DNA from: Selaginella moellendorffii
Taxonomy: Eukaryota; Plantae; Lycopodiophyta
Direction of reading: 5' to 3'
NCBI RefSeq assembly: GCF_000143415.4
Contig: NW_003314288.1
Coordinates: 1,240,056 to 1,304,055, forward strand
Length of the DNA stretch: 64,000 nt
Part shown: positions 14,256 to 26,869 of the stretch, piece after piece
How the letters are laid out: each line of letters opens with the position of its first letter
How positions within the stretch are numbered: position 1 is the stretch's first letter
Translations under genes and position numbers: made by a program
The notes under the pieces: model-generated
Seen by the model: the letters and a program-made list of their open reading frames with translations, nothing else
What the model was told of the DNA's origin: nothing
The model's database searches: none

Positions 14256-14854
14256 TGTAAGCTCCTGAGTTTGGACTTCCCGGGAGGTCACCCAGCCCAG
14301 TACTATTCAAACCCAAGGACGCTTAACTCCAAAATATCCCAAGACCCTTAACCGATTGGAAAAGGGGGTGCACTCTTGTTCATGGGCCCTTTCCCTCTAT
14401 ATTTGAACCCCAACGGATCGTCTCTCGAGTCGTTCCCTTTGGTTGCTTACAATCCACCATGCTTCCCTGCAAGTTCACGCCCTCGTGAACGGAAGCTGAG
14501 AGCCGCAACTCTCCCGAGAGCCCCGCTCTCTTGACACCCTACCCCTCGGGTCGAGCCCAGCGGGAACAAACTGGACCAGCCAGATGTCAATCAACATGTG
14601 GTGTGATTCCCTTAGCCAACCAACAGAGTCGGACCCGAGACCTCTCTCTGATACCAAATGTAAGCTCCTGAGTTTGGACTTCCCGGAAGGTCACCCAGCC
14701 CAGTACTATTCAAACCCAAGGACGCTTAACTCCAAAATATCCCAAGACCCTTAACCGATTGGAAAAGGGGGTGCACTCTTGTTCATGGGCCCTTTCCCTC
14801 TATATTTGAACCCCAACGGATCGTCTCTCGAGTCGTTCCCTTTGGTTGCTTACA
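14256..14854 (-). mobile_element. Cassandra TRIM (5S rRNA-derived LTRs), very recent insertion
   Basis: 196-bp LTRs at 14256-14451 and 14659-14854 differ by 1 nt. TSD ATCAA. tRNA-iMet PBS TGGTATCAGAG (minus strand, 14646-14656). LTR contains GAGTTAAGCGTCCTTGGG...AGTACTGGGCTGGGTGACCTCCCGGGAAGTCC, matching the 5S A-box/IE/C-box region. Confidence 0.93.
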
Positions 14855-17449
14855 ATCAAGTCTTGTGGTACCAAGGGGTGTTAGGAATCTGGAGGCTTGG
14901 TGTGCTTGGCTACTTGTGCCTATGGGGAGTGTAGCCGAACCTTAAGTCCAATCTAACCTGGGGAGGGGGATTGGGAGAGATTTAGGAATCCGTAGATGGA
15001 TGGCTAACACTCCGTTGCTTGTGCAGTGAATAGCTGAAACCAAGTAGGACCAAGTAGGAGCTGGTACCATACGCGAGAACCTTGGTGAAGGAAGTTAGCA
15101 CAAGCTAAGGCAGAGTTGGCCGGATAGATGAGGTAAACTGGCAAATTGGAAAGGAAAAATTTGTGGCTTACAATAAAGTTTTGATGAATCAGCAATGCGA
15201 AGCACTAGAATCTCACTCAACAACAGTTTCAATGCCACAAAACTATCCTTATATGGCTTCTTCCACTCGAATGGCAAGTTCTTGTGTAACAATCGTGTCA
15301 AAGGAATAGCCACCTCTGTAAACTTATGCTGAAAAATATCAATAATAACTAGCCATACCAAGGAAACTGCATAACTCAGCCACTGAAGTCGGTGTAGGTC
15401 AATTCTCCACCATAGCCACCTTCCTTGGATGGTTCTTGACATTCTTGGATGTCATAATATGGCTTAGATATTCCACCTCTGACTTTGCAAACTCATATTT
15501 GCTCTTCTTCACATAAAATTTGTTGTTATGGAGTAACAAAAGAACCTTGCATAAATGCACCTTATGCTCCTCCATATTCTTGCTGAAAAAAAAAATATCA
15601 TCCAAAAAAATCTCCACAAACTCATGAAGATAATGCCTAAAGACTTCTGAGTAAATCAACTGAGTAAATGTGGCTAGTGCATTCGTCAAACCAAACGGCA
15701 TAACCATCAACTGAAAATGCCCGAAACTTGTGTTGAATGCCGTCTTGGAGATAGATGTATCATCCATAGCAATCTGATGATATTCACTCCTCAAGTCAAT
15801 CTTAGTAAACATTTGTGCTTCACCAAGCTTGTCTAATATATCATCCACATGCAAAATTGGCATCTTGTCCTTCACAATCTTCTTGTTCAAGGCACGGTAG
15901 TCAATATACATCCTCATTGAACCGTCCTTCTTCTTCACAAGCAAAACCAGAGCACCAAATGGAGACTTACTTGGTTGAATAAATCCAAATTCAAGTAACT
16001 CTTTGACTTCTTGTTGAACTTTTTGCTCCTCAGCATAACTCAACTAAAATGGATGCTAGCAAATTAGCCATGTCCCTGGCTTTAACATAATCCCATGCTC
16101 CACACCTCATAATAGAGGCAATCCATGAGGAAGTTTAGAGGGAAAAACATCAGGAACTCTTCAAGTATAATCCACACTACTGCTTTTCCTCCACACGCGG
16201 CTTGGTCCCCCCAAGTCATGAACAAATAGCAAGTAACTTGAAAATGTTTTTCCATTACGACAAACCTATTTCAAAGATGTAGCAGAGAGTATAACAATTG
16301 GAGGTTGAACTCCCTCTCCAAACCACACATCTTTAACGCCACCGTACTCTAATGAGACATGCTTAATACTCCACTTTATCTCCGAATCCACCTTCACCAA
16401 TCATGGCATCCCAAAAATGAGATCCACATAATGAAGACCCTTCACAAGTGTGGTTTTGCCAACCAACAATTCCAGCCCTTCTACACAAGTATCGAAATGC
16501 TAAGTAGAGGTAATTGCACCTTCCACCACGTATGAAAGAACTCCTCGTGTCACTAGGCCATGCTCCTCAACAAACTTTGTGGAAACAAAGTTGTCATCGC
16601 TCCCACTGTCCAGTAAAATCCATACTGGACTACCACGGAACAAGCCTTCCAACATTAAAGTTGATGCACGAGTGTCCTCGACCTCCATCTTGTTCCACAC
16701 ACAATTAAGTTGATGAGCAATGATTGAAAGCCTCTTCCTTTGACTGGAATTATTGTCCCCATCATCCTTGTGTTGCAAAGTTTGCAATTTCTTAGCATCT
16801 AACTTACTATCAGTAGAAGATTGGCCATTCTTATTGTCATGTTGTTTGCTCTTCATTGTGGACAATCAAACTTGTAGTGTCCCAGATCACCGCAATGATG
16901 ACAACTTTGTCTATAATTCTTCACAAAGAATTTATGCTTCTTTGACCCCTGTGTACCTAAAGTAGCCACCATAGACTTCAGCTTGTAATGTTTATTCCCA
17001 TCCTTGTGTTCACAATGATCATCAAGACGATTCTTAACAGAAGGACTCCTCAAACACTTGTGAGACTTATACTTCTCATTGTCAAGTTGATGAGCAGCAT
17101 CAAAGAGCTCCTCCAAACTCTTTGTAGGCTGAGAATGACGCAAGTGTTGCCACATACTCTCATTATGAAGGTCATCAATGAAGTACAACTTGTTCTGATC
17201 TGGATCCTTTATTGGAACACAGCTAATCAAGCGAGTCAGCTTCTCAATATAGTCCCCAAGTTTCATTTTCCCTTGCTGAAAATGTCAAAGTTTGGTGTGA
17301 GCATTCTCCATGTCATAGTGAGGGGCAAAACATAAATGGAAAGCAACTTCAAACTCATCCATCATAGACACTAGTGGTTTCTTATCTATAGCACAAGACT
17401 CCTCAAGTTAATTCCACCACCGAAGATCTACATCATGCAACCTCTATAA

Positions 17450-18060
17450 TGTGCACCTGCATCACAAACCTCTGTAACGTGCACATTCCCACATAAGGAG
17501 CAGTGGCTGTCCATGAGACATGGCTTGTCTGCCAGTCCTAGAACTATTGAGTGTTGCAGCCTCCATGAGGTGATTTCTTGGGTGATTTGTGACCTGTGCA
17601 GTATGAGAAAGAAGTGACGATTCACAGAAGAATTCTAGAAACATGGAGCTCAATCTTGGAAATGTGATCATGAGCATAGCAGGAAGTTTTGAGCAAGAGG
17701 ACCTTGGTCTCTTGGAATGCAATGATCACTGCAAATGCCTAGAATGGGAGTCTTTTGAAAGTGCTTAAGCTGTTGGATTTCATTCCGGCATCTTTTGTGA
17801 ATGCATTGATCACCACCCATGGCAGATCAAGGATCCTAGCTCAAGCAAGAAACATGTTTGATCAAATCTTGTGCAAAACTGTGAGCTCCTAATCACCCAT
17901 GATCTAACTGTAAGCCCAGTAAGGACAATCCAGCAAAACCTTATTAAATCTTTGCAGAACTTACCTTTATCAGTGTCTTAGCCATGCCAGCCTAACAGGC
18001 AAGATCCAGGAGAACTTTTGTATCAATCATTACAGCCACTTGATTATATTGTTGCCCAGT
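17450..18060 (+). pseudogene. Decayed PLS-class PPR gene fragment
   Basis: Translation with stops: LVSWNAMITANA*NG; FVNALITTHGRSRILAQARNMFDQILCKTVSS; ELTFISVL. Confidence 0.7.
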
Positions 18061-18549
18061 GCATGGAGAAGAAGCTCAAACTTCTTCTATCACTGTGATA
18101 CTCTACTATGAGGAGCAAGTAAAAAATTCCTTGTTTTCTGTTTATGGACATGCTATAAAGACAAACACATCAGACTACTCAAAAAAAGTGAACTTCTTGA
18201 CTAGTAATAATGTTCTTAAAGGAAAGTTTGCAAGCTTTTAGTATTGCAAGAGTGTAAAACTTCTTCCTCATATTCTTCACTATTTGCTTTAAGCTTGCTA
18301 TATGAAGAATAAAATTGATAAAAAAACATTAGTTGAACTTTTTGAGAGATAAACAAGAAGTACTAAAATTCTAAATTATATATGAATAAACAATTCTATT
18401 AAAATAAGTACATCATATAAATTTTTTATTTATGTAAAAATTGACAATATCAAAGCAAACCAAACGTTGTTTCATAGTGCAATGCAGAAAATTATATCTA
18501 TTTGAGTTCGGTTAGGGTTAGTTAGTGTAGATGGTATTGTGTATAATGC

Positions 18550-18945
18550 CCAACTCTCCACCTAGCAACTCTTATTTTCCTCTAGTGCCCAACTCCTCTA
18601 ATGGCTCTTACTTTCCTCCAATGCAACATATCTCCTCCCTCCAACACTCTTCCTGTAGCAACTCTCCTCCATGTCCTCTAGTGCTCCTCCTGCAACAACT
18701 CTCTTCCACATTGTACTTTTGCCAATCCTACTCTTGGATTTTTCAGTTTTTTTTTATTTCATCAAATCATTCTTTCTCACCCTCTAGCTCCTCCAAAACC
18801 CTTTGTGCATTGAGTCTCCTCCAGCTCCTCCAGCACTCCTCCTATAGCAGCTCTCCAACTCCTCCAGCACTTCTCCTGCAACAGCTCTCCTCCAACTCCT
18901 CTAGCACTCCTCCTACAACAGCTCTCCTCTAGCTCCTCTAGTAGA
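18550..18945. repeat. CT-rich degenerate minisatellite (CTCCTCCAGCA/CAACTCTCC units), mirrored at ~28350-28790
   Basis: Visible low-complexity repeat in both arms. Confidence 0.7.
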
Positions 18946-19449
18946 TGGCTATGCCACGGCTAAGGCCAGCCAAGGTAGTGCTAGCCATGGCCGAGACCTT
19001 GTGCCACCATGGCTGTGCTTGCTATGGGCCATTGGTGGTGTAACTTTGGCCCTAGCTGTATGGTTATAGATACCACAGCCAAGGACAACATCATTGGCAA
19101 TCAAGGTTGCCAGTGGTTGTGGTAAGCTTGGAAAAACATTATCTTTTATGTTGAGAAAGGACCAATTCGCACATTTATTTAGTGAAAAAAAACTTAAGCG
19201 ACCCACTTTAAAAATTAAGATTCGCACATTGAAAAAATTTGTGTTGCAAAGTAAACTTATAAGGACTTTTGCATTCACACATGTCTTAGATTTAAGTGGA
19301 AAAACACCCTGGGATTCGCACTTAAAAGAAATGCATTCGAACACTTAAAATTCACTTAATTCAAATTTTGAAATTTCAAATTCAAATTCAAATATCCCAG
19401 CAAATTTCAAAGCAAACACGAACGCCACTGGCAAAGACAGAGGGAAAAC

Positions 19450-20287
19450 GTGAGGTTCTCTCTAACCTCTTTCGCATCCTCTGGACTGTGCAACTCCTCA
19501 CGAGGCTCCCCTTCTGCTTGCTCGGGATCACTGTAATCAACAAAGAGGTCCTGGTCCTTGAGCCTTTTCACATCTTTCCTCCAAGCTTGGATCTCCCCCC
19601 GAAGATCAGTCTCCCCAACATCAATCAGGAAATTGTGCAAGATGCAACAACTCTTGATGATGTTGGGAAGGTACTTAGTGAACCAAAGAAAGTAGAATGA
19701 AGAAGACTTGTGTGTGGAATCATCAGATGCTGCTGGAGTTGGTACCCTTTGTCCCCCACTAGGTATGGCTTGATCCTATCATCATATGCTAACACCACGG
19801 GCGATGTCAGCAGCTCCCTTGCTACAATCTTGTTCCTGAGGGTAGAATTACGAAAAACCCTCATGTCGTGGACGCGTCCTGAAAGCAAAAAGAACATTTT
19901 AGAACTATCCACAACACACAAAGAAACATACCTGGCCACCCAGCGTAGACACTGAGGACTCTTCTGGGCATCACAAACCCCTTGCAAGATGACAGAGTAC
20001 CGCTGCTTCCTGTCGTAGTAGCTCTCACCGTCCAGTCTAGTAGGTCGGATGATCTCGGAGTACAGTCGATTGCCCCAGCAACACTAGGCAGTCGGGTTCC
20101 TATTGGTCATCAAAACTTATAACAATCCAAAAAACATAAGACAATGTACCTGTCACTAGCAGCAACAGCTCGAACCTCCTTGGCGGTTGAAGGAAAATGA
20201 ATCTTGTACCTGAGGCACTTGACAATCGCCACAGTAGTGTCCATGACAATCTCATGAGCTGTGGACTTCCCAATGCCAAACTTGTCC
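19450..20287 (-). pseudogene. PIF/Harbinger DDE transposase, truncated duplicate
   Basis: Contains GRVHDMRVFRNS, YLVGDKGY and CCILHNFL. Lacks the N-terminus and has an internal ~170-bp deletion relative to the 27-kb copy. Confidence 0.8.
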
Positions 20288-20403
20288 TAAAGTAGGCAAC
20301 CGAGTGGAGGCAGGGGTTGGGAGCAATCTGAGGCTTGAGGTATGACTTGTCCTTTCTACCTGGTGGAACTCCATCCGAGCATTCCTACTTCCCTCTTTTA
20401 AGC

Positions 20404-21350
20404 TGTCACGTTTTTACCCTTAACTCGTGTTAACTCTTAACTCACATTTATACTCTAATTTCACAATAACTCGCATTTTCACTCTAATTAATTCGTTTTT
20501 TTCCTTCCTCTAACTTACCTGGGACATAAAACTTACTCCCTCATATCCCTAAACCTCAGGATCATATGAGCATATAAATAATGTGATTAACACCTCTCAC
20601 TCTTGATCTTGTGGGATTCATAATATAATAACACCTCACTTCTACTCTTGTGGGCTCCATAAGTACACATTAAAAATTGTTAATTTTTTATTATTAAAAA
20701 GTTAGTGTATTCTAATCTTGTTGAGTTTATCTATATCTACCATAGAATATAGGGTAGAATCCTTACATCAATCCGTTCACACACAATATTGAGCTAACCG
20801 CTTCACATGGATCTTCTCTTGACGTTGTGCATTGAGTGTCACCACATAGATTTGTGGACCAACTTGTTGGACGATGTGATAAGGACCTATGCAGCAAAAA
20901 CCTTGGATCTGCAACACCCGATAACTCACAAACACTTGATCACCAACGACATATGTAGAAACTTTAGCAACTCCAGCGGGTGCAAAGTCCAGGCAAAAGT
21001 AGAGTGGAATTCAGTTATTCGGAATGTGCCACACCCAGGAATTCAATCCAAAGCTCTTCTCTTCAAAGTGCTTGTGTCAGGTTTATATCCACGAAACCAG
21101 GGCTGGCACCTTCTCTTCAGAGCTCAGTTGCAGAAGATCTTGCCTAGACAGGGTGGTAACTAGAAACAAGGAATCGATTGGCACTGCTCCTCTCAACACA
21201 AAGAAGGTCCAGGATGGAATAGCAAAAGAGATGTTGAAGATATGGAAGTCACACTCCTACCCAGGTTAAGTCAGAAAGAACCAGACCATCTGACAGAGGC
21301 ATTAGCTGATTGCTTGTTCTTCAACGTAGTGCATAAGAACAGTAATCAAC
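20404..21350 (-). mobile_element. Decayed gypsy integrase C-terminus with probable 3' LTR (20404-20767), from a different family
   Basis: Minus-strand peptide YVVGDQVFV...IGPYHIVQQVGPQIYVVTL...IHVKRL (GPY/F motif), followed by a TG...CA-bounded segment. Confidence 0.55.
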
Positions 21351-21921
21351 AGTATATAGGTGACTGTTCAGCGGTTAATTAAATGAGCATGTTTAGATAT
21401 GTTTATAAAAGTTTAGCTCACACATGAACGTTTTCCCTATTTGCACAATAACTTAAGCTAAAGTAATGTACTTACCCTTATTTTTTATGGGAAAGTTATT
21501 AGTATTTTGGATTCGCAGGAAAAAAAAGGCGAATTTAGAGAATTCTTAAGTAATTTTCAAAAACCCAGACCAAATCTAAAGTGTTGGGGGGTCATTTTAT
21601 TTTAAGGGAAGTTGTTAAAAATTATTCCGGAAATATTCGAGAAGATTCTTAGGTTATGCCTGCGACTTTTCTTCAATTAGGTTTTGTTGCTTGCTGTGCA
21701 AGCTTTCATGCACATTGCGGATGACAAGAGCCCTGGCCTCCAAGTGCTGCCTGAGGAAGAAGACCGTGAACTTGAGGTTCGTCTGGCTGTGATTGGGAGG
21801 AACTTCAGATGGAGAAGAGGACCTTCTTCACCATTTGTGGCATGCTGGAGAGCGAGATCTGGAAGCAAGATACCGGTTGGAGGAGTGTGGTGCTAGTGGA
21901 TGTTCGACTGGGGGTAACTTT

Positions 21922-24900
21922 TGTTATGATCCGGCGCAAAAAGACAAAGATCTAGTTGCCCTAGACTATGCTATGCCACCTCTTGAGGTTCCTCACCACC
22001 CAACCACCCCCGAGCTACCTCAAAATCTCCACTGCGCCGCCGCTCCACTGTGAGCCCTAGGGTAGGTTAAGTCCCTTACCCTAACATGCCTTAATATACC
22101 CTTGAGCCTCCCTTTGACCGACGTTGACCATGTAGTCAAAGCTGGCGCCTAACAATTCTTTCCCCCCAACAAAGTCCTTGTTCCAAGGACGAGTTGTACC
22201 AGTGATCACCCTTTCTGGGGAATCCTGCTCAAGCTCCTGGTCCATCTTCCACAGCCGTATACATCAAGGAGGCATTGGGCCCGTCACTCCGAGATAGTAC
22301 ACCTTTCAACTGGCTGACATAAAATACTGGATGAATTTTCACCCCAACTGGCAGCCGCACCCGATAAGCCGCTTTACCAATGCGCTCCAGCACTTCATAT
22401 GGACCAGCATATCGATGGGAAAGTTTATCACTCTTCCCTGTCCGTAAAGGCACCAAGGTGTTCCGCCGCTCACTTGACGAAAAGATCACTCGCACAAAGA
22501 CAAGATCACCCACCTTATATTCCCGGAATTGGCGATGCTCATTGGCAAACTTCTCCGCTCTATCCTGAGCTGCTTGCAAATTCCGTTTACACACCACCAG
22601 AATCTCATCAAGTTCTGTGGCCAGATCAGTTGCCTCGGAATCAAGCTTATCTTGAACGTCCTTACTCAAATGCAATCCCAACTCCACCACTGTTCGAGGA
22701 TGCCTTCTAAACATGGCAAAGTAAGGACTTAGCTTGGTTCCACTGTGTTGGCTATTGTTGTAAGCAAATTGCACCAACGAAAGATATAGATCCCACTGTC
22801 CTTGCCTTTGACCAATGCTACAATGTAGCATATCCTCCACCACCTGATTCACAAGCTCAGTTTGCCCATCCGTCTGAGGATGATTTCCACTTGAGAGTTT
22901 CAAAGTCACTTGCATAGCCTTTGCAAAGCTTTTCCAAAATCCACTGGTGAACTTTGAATCTCGATCACTAATGATTTCCTCCGGCAAACCAAAATCAGGA
23001 AAAACCTTCTCCAAGTAAACCGCAGCCAAGTCTGAGGCAGTGACAGTCTTCCGAAGAGCCAACAACTGTACATACTTCGTCAACCGATCCACTATGACCC
23101 ATACTTGCTCCTTTTGCCTCTGTGTTCGTGGCAAACAAGTGATGAAGTCCATAGAGATACTACACCAACGGCTCTGAGGAATAGGTAAAGGTTGCAAAAG
23201 TCCCCCTGGCTTCTCCCGTGGCACCTTAACCCGCTGACAAAGCTCGCATGATTTACAATACTTGAGGATATTAGCCTTCATATTCCTCCAATAAAAGTTG
23301 CGCTTAATCAACTCATACGTCTTCTTCCCCCCAAAATGACCGGCCTCTGGACGATCATGATAGTGGAATAAAACTTGAGTAATTAACGCATCCACCCGTG
23401 GCAAATAGACATGGCCATTATAATAGAGAATCCCATCCACCAATGAGAAAGGAGCTTCCATCTGGTCTCGCAAAGAGGCCACCTCAGCATCCTGAGCCTG
23501 AGCATGCTCAACCAATTGCCCAAACTCGCTGACCACCTTACTCAAATGATGACAAAATCGTGTTCGTAACGTCGTCACATGACGAACACGAGATAAAGCA
23601 TTTGCCACCACATTTGATTTTCCCGGACGATGCTCAATAGGAAACTCCCCAAACTCCATGAGTTTGACCATCCAACGAGCTTGCCTAGTGTTCAACTCCT
23701 TCTGTGTGAAAAGATACATAAGTGGTTTGTGATCTGTCAACACCATGAACACTGCACCATAAAGATAGTGCCGCCACGTCCGCAAAGCATGAACAATAGA
23801 GAGTAACTCTTGCTCATATGTGGAATAGCGTTGCTCCGCGGAATTCAAAGTTTGACTCTCATATGCAATAGGCTGTCCCTCTTGCATGAGAACTCCTCCC
23901 AGTGCATAACCACTCGCATCCAATGTCACCTCGTAAGGTTTCGATGGATCAGCAATGCGAAGCACTGGAGCCTCGCTCAACAATCGTTTCAGCGCCACAA
24001 AACTCTCCTCTTGTGGCGTCTTCCACTCGAATGGCACATTCTTGCATAGCATCCGCGTCAAAGGAATAGCCACCTCTGCAAACTTATGCTGGAAACGTCG
24101 GTAGTAACTAGCCATACCAAGAAAACTGCGCAACTCAGCCACTGTAGTCAGTGTAGGCCAGTTTTCCACCACAGCCACCTTCCTTGGATCCGTCTTGACA
24201 CCCTTAGATGTCACAATATGGCCTAAATATTCCACCTCCAACTTTGCAAATTCACATTTGCTCTTCTTCGCATAAAGTTTGCTGTCTCGAAGTAACAAAA
24301 GAACCTTGCGCAAATGCACCCTATGCTCCTCCATATTCTTGCTAAAAACAAGAATATCGTCCAAGAAAATCTCCACAAACTCATGAAGATAACGCCCAAA
24401 TACCTCCGTAATCAACCGAGTAAATGTGGCCGGTGCATTCGTCAAACCAAACGGCATAACTGTAAACTCAAAATGTCCGAAGCTTGTGTTGAATGCCGTC
24501 TTGGAGATAGATGTATCATCCATTGCAATCTGATGATATCCACTCCTCGGATCAATCTTGGTAAACACTCGGGCTTCACCAAGCTTGTCTAGGATATCAT
24601 CCACACGTGGCATCAGCATCTTATCCTTCACTGTCTTCTTGTTCAAAGCGCGGTAGTCAATACACATTCGCATTGAACCGTCCTTCTTCTTCACAAGCAA
24701 GACCGGAGCACCAAATGGAGACTTACTTGGCTGAATAAATCCAAACTCAAGTAACTCCTTGACTTGTCGTTGAAATTCTTGCTCCTCCGCATAACTTAAC
24801 CGAAATGGACGCCGGTAAATTGGCTGCGTCCCCAGCTCCAATGTAATCCCATGCTCCACACCTCGTAATGGAGGCAATCCATGAGGAAGTTCAGATGGAA

Positions 24901-26834
24901 AAACATCAGAAAACTCATCAAGTACATCCCGTACTGCTGCTTCTCCCCCACACGTGCCTTGGTCCCCCAAGTCACGAACAAACAGCAAGTAACTTGAAAG
25001 TGCTTTTCCATTACGACAAGCCCGCTTCAAAGATGTAGCAGAGAGCATAACAACTGGTGGTTGAACGCCCTCACCAAACCACACATCTTTAATGCCACCA
25101 TACTCCAGCGAGATACGCTTAATGCTCCACTTTATCTCTGGATCCACCTTCACCAACCATGGCATCCCAAGAATGAAATCCACACGATGGATATCCGCGA
25201 GATAAAAAGTCTCCACAAGTGTGGTTTTGCCAACCAACACTTCCAGCCCCTCGACACAAGCATCAAAATGCTGAGTAGAGGTAGCTGCACCTTCCACTGT
25301 GTATGGAAGAACTCCACGTGTGTTCAGGCGATGCTCTGCAACAAACTTTGCCGAAACAAAGTTGTCATCCCACTATCCAGTAAAATCCGCACTGGATCGC
25401 CACGGAACACGCCCTCCAGTATTAAAGCTGATTCACGCGTATCCTCGAGCTCCATCTTGTTCCACACACAGTTGAGTTGACAAGCAACGATCGAAAGTCT
25501 CTTCCTCTGACCGGAATGGTCGTTTTCGTCATCCTCACGCTGTAAAGCTTGCAACTTTTTAGTATCTGACTTACCATGAAAAGATGATTGGCCATTCTTT
25601 TTGTCCTGCTGCTTGTTCTTCAACTGCGGACATTCAGCCTTGTAGTGTCCAAGTTCGCCGCAATGATGACAACCTTGTCTATAATTCTTCACAAAGAACT
25701 TCTACTTCTTGGACCCTTTTGCATCTGAAGTAGTCACCACCGACTTCAACTTGTGATGCTTGTTCCCATCCTTGTGTCCACGGCGATCATCACGACGATT
25801 CTTGACAGAAGGACTCCGCGAATGCTTGCGAGACTTGTGCTTGTCATTGTCAAGTCGACGAGCCGCATCAAAGAGCTCCTCCAAACTCTTTGTAGGCTGA
25901 GAATGACGCAAGTGTTGCCGCATACTCTCACTATGTAGGCCATCAATGAAGTAGGACTTGTTCTGATCTGGATCCTTCATTGGAACACGACTAATCAAAC
26001 GAATAAGCTTCTCAATATAATCCCCGAGCGTCATTTTCCCTTGCTGGAAATGGCAAAGTTCTGTACCAGCATTCTCCACATCGTAATGAGGGGCAAAACG
26101 TAAACGGAAAGCAGCCTCAAACTCATCCATGGTAGACACTGGTGGTTTCTTATCCGCAACACGAGACTCCTCAAGCCAATTCCACCATCGAAGACCCGCA
26201 TCACGCAAAACCATTGGAATAGCCACTAAAGCCTCTGCATCTGGAGTTCCTCTAGCAGCCAAGAACTTCTTCACATTGGCTAGCCAAGCGAGACACTCGT
26301 CCACACCACCATCACCGGAAAAAGTTGGAATCTTGAGTCGATCTACCAAAGAAGGCTTACTTGGAGCGCTACCCCGTCCAGCCTCGAGTGCCTCAACACG
26401 CCCACGCATGGTATCCATCATGCCATGCATCTCGTCTTGCATCTCTTGCTGATTTTTATTAAGGGCTCGCAGCTCATGAACCACATCTTGAATGGTCCAA
26501 ATCTCTGCAGCTTCGTCGGCACCATCGTCGGCACCACCATCGACAATAGAATTCCAGCGTTCAGCTTGGTCGGCCATCGCAACCAACTCCTCTGATACCA
26601 ATGTTATGATCCAGCACAAAAAGACAAAAATCTAGTTGCCCTAGACTATGCTACGCCACCTCTTGAGGTTCCTCACCACCCAACCACCCCCAAACTACCT
26701 CAAAAGCTCCACTGCGCCGCCGCTCCACTGTGAGCCCTAGGGTAGGTTAAGTCCCTTACCCTAACATGCCTTAATATACCCTTGAGCCTCCCTTTGACCG
26801 ACGTTGACCACGTAGTCAAAGCTAGTGCCTAACA
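21922..26834 (-). mobile_element. Structurally complete Ty3/gypsy LTR retrotransposon (4913 bp)
   Basis: 233-bp LTRs at 21922-22154 and 26602-26834 with about 10 mismatches. TG...CA ends, TSD ACTTT. tRNA-iMet PBS at 26590-26600, PPT at 22155-22168. Domain order gag-PR-RT-RH-IN. Confidence 0.97.
22229..26577 (-). pseudogene. gag-pol polyprotein, disrupted by one in-frame stop (25702-25704) and a 4-nt deletion in the protease (~25368)
   Basis: ORFs of 305, 122 and 1022 aa. CX2CX4HX4C knuckle, LLDSG, FLDD, HHCC and D,D35E motifs, GPY motif. The relic copy has His at the stop and LDSGSDDNF in frame. Confidence 0.9.
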
Positions 26835-26869
26835 ACTTTGTACAAGCTTTTCAAGAACACAGAATCTGG

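Larger units (their letters stand above)
13301..15172. mobile_element. Solo LTR (~1.26 kb net of the nested Cassandra)
   Basis: Termini TGTAAG...CTTACA with 5-bp TSD ATAAA (13296-13300 and 15173-15177). The gypsy RNase H sequence is contiguous across it. Confidence 0.8.
12984..17440 (-). mobile_element. Decayed Ty3/gypsy gag-PR-RT-RNase H (family of 21922-26834), interrupted by 13301-15172
   Basis: ORF fragments contain the CHHCGDLGHYKFDC zinc knuckle, LLDSGS protease, KKKDGSMRMYIDYRALN / FLDDI RT and YEQELHSIVHAL / TDHKPL RNase H. Confidence 0.9.
17234..20287. repeat. Left arm of ~3-kb inverted duplication (pairs with 26870-30068)
   Basis: Near-identical ORFs on opposite strands: 17462-17722 vs 29580-29840, 18531-18932 vs 28553-28810, 19710-19955 vs 27214-27459. 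Confidence 0.92.

Noticed and set aside
14273-14329. 5S rRNA gene
   Set aside because: Only the internal promoter segment is present, embedded in Cassandra LTRs.
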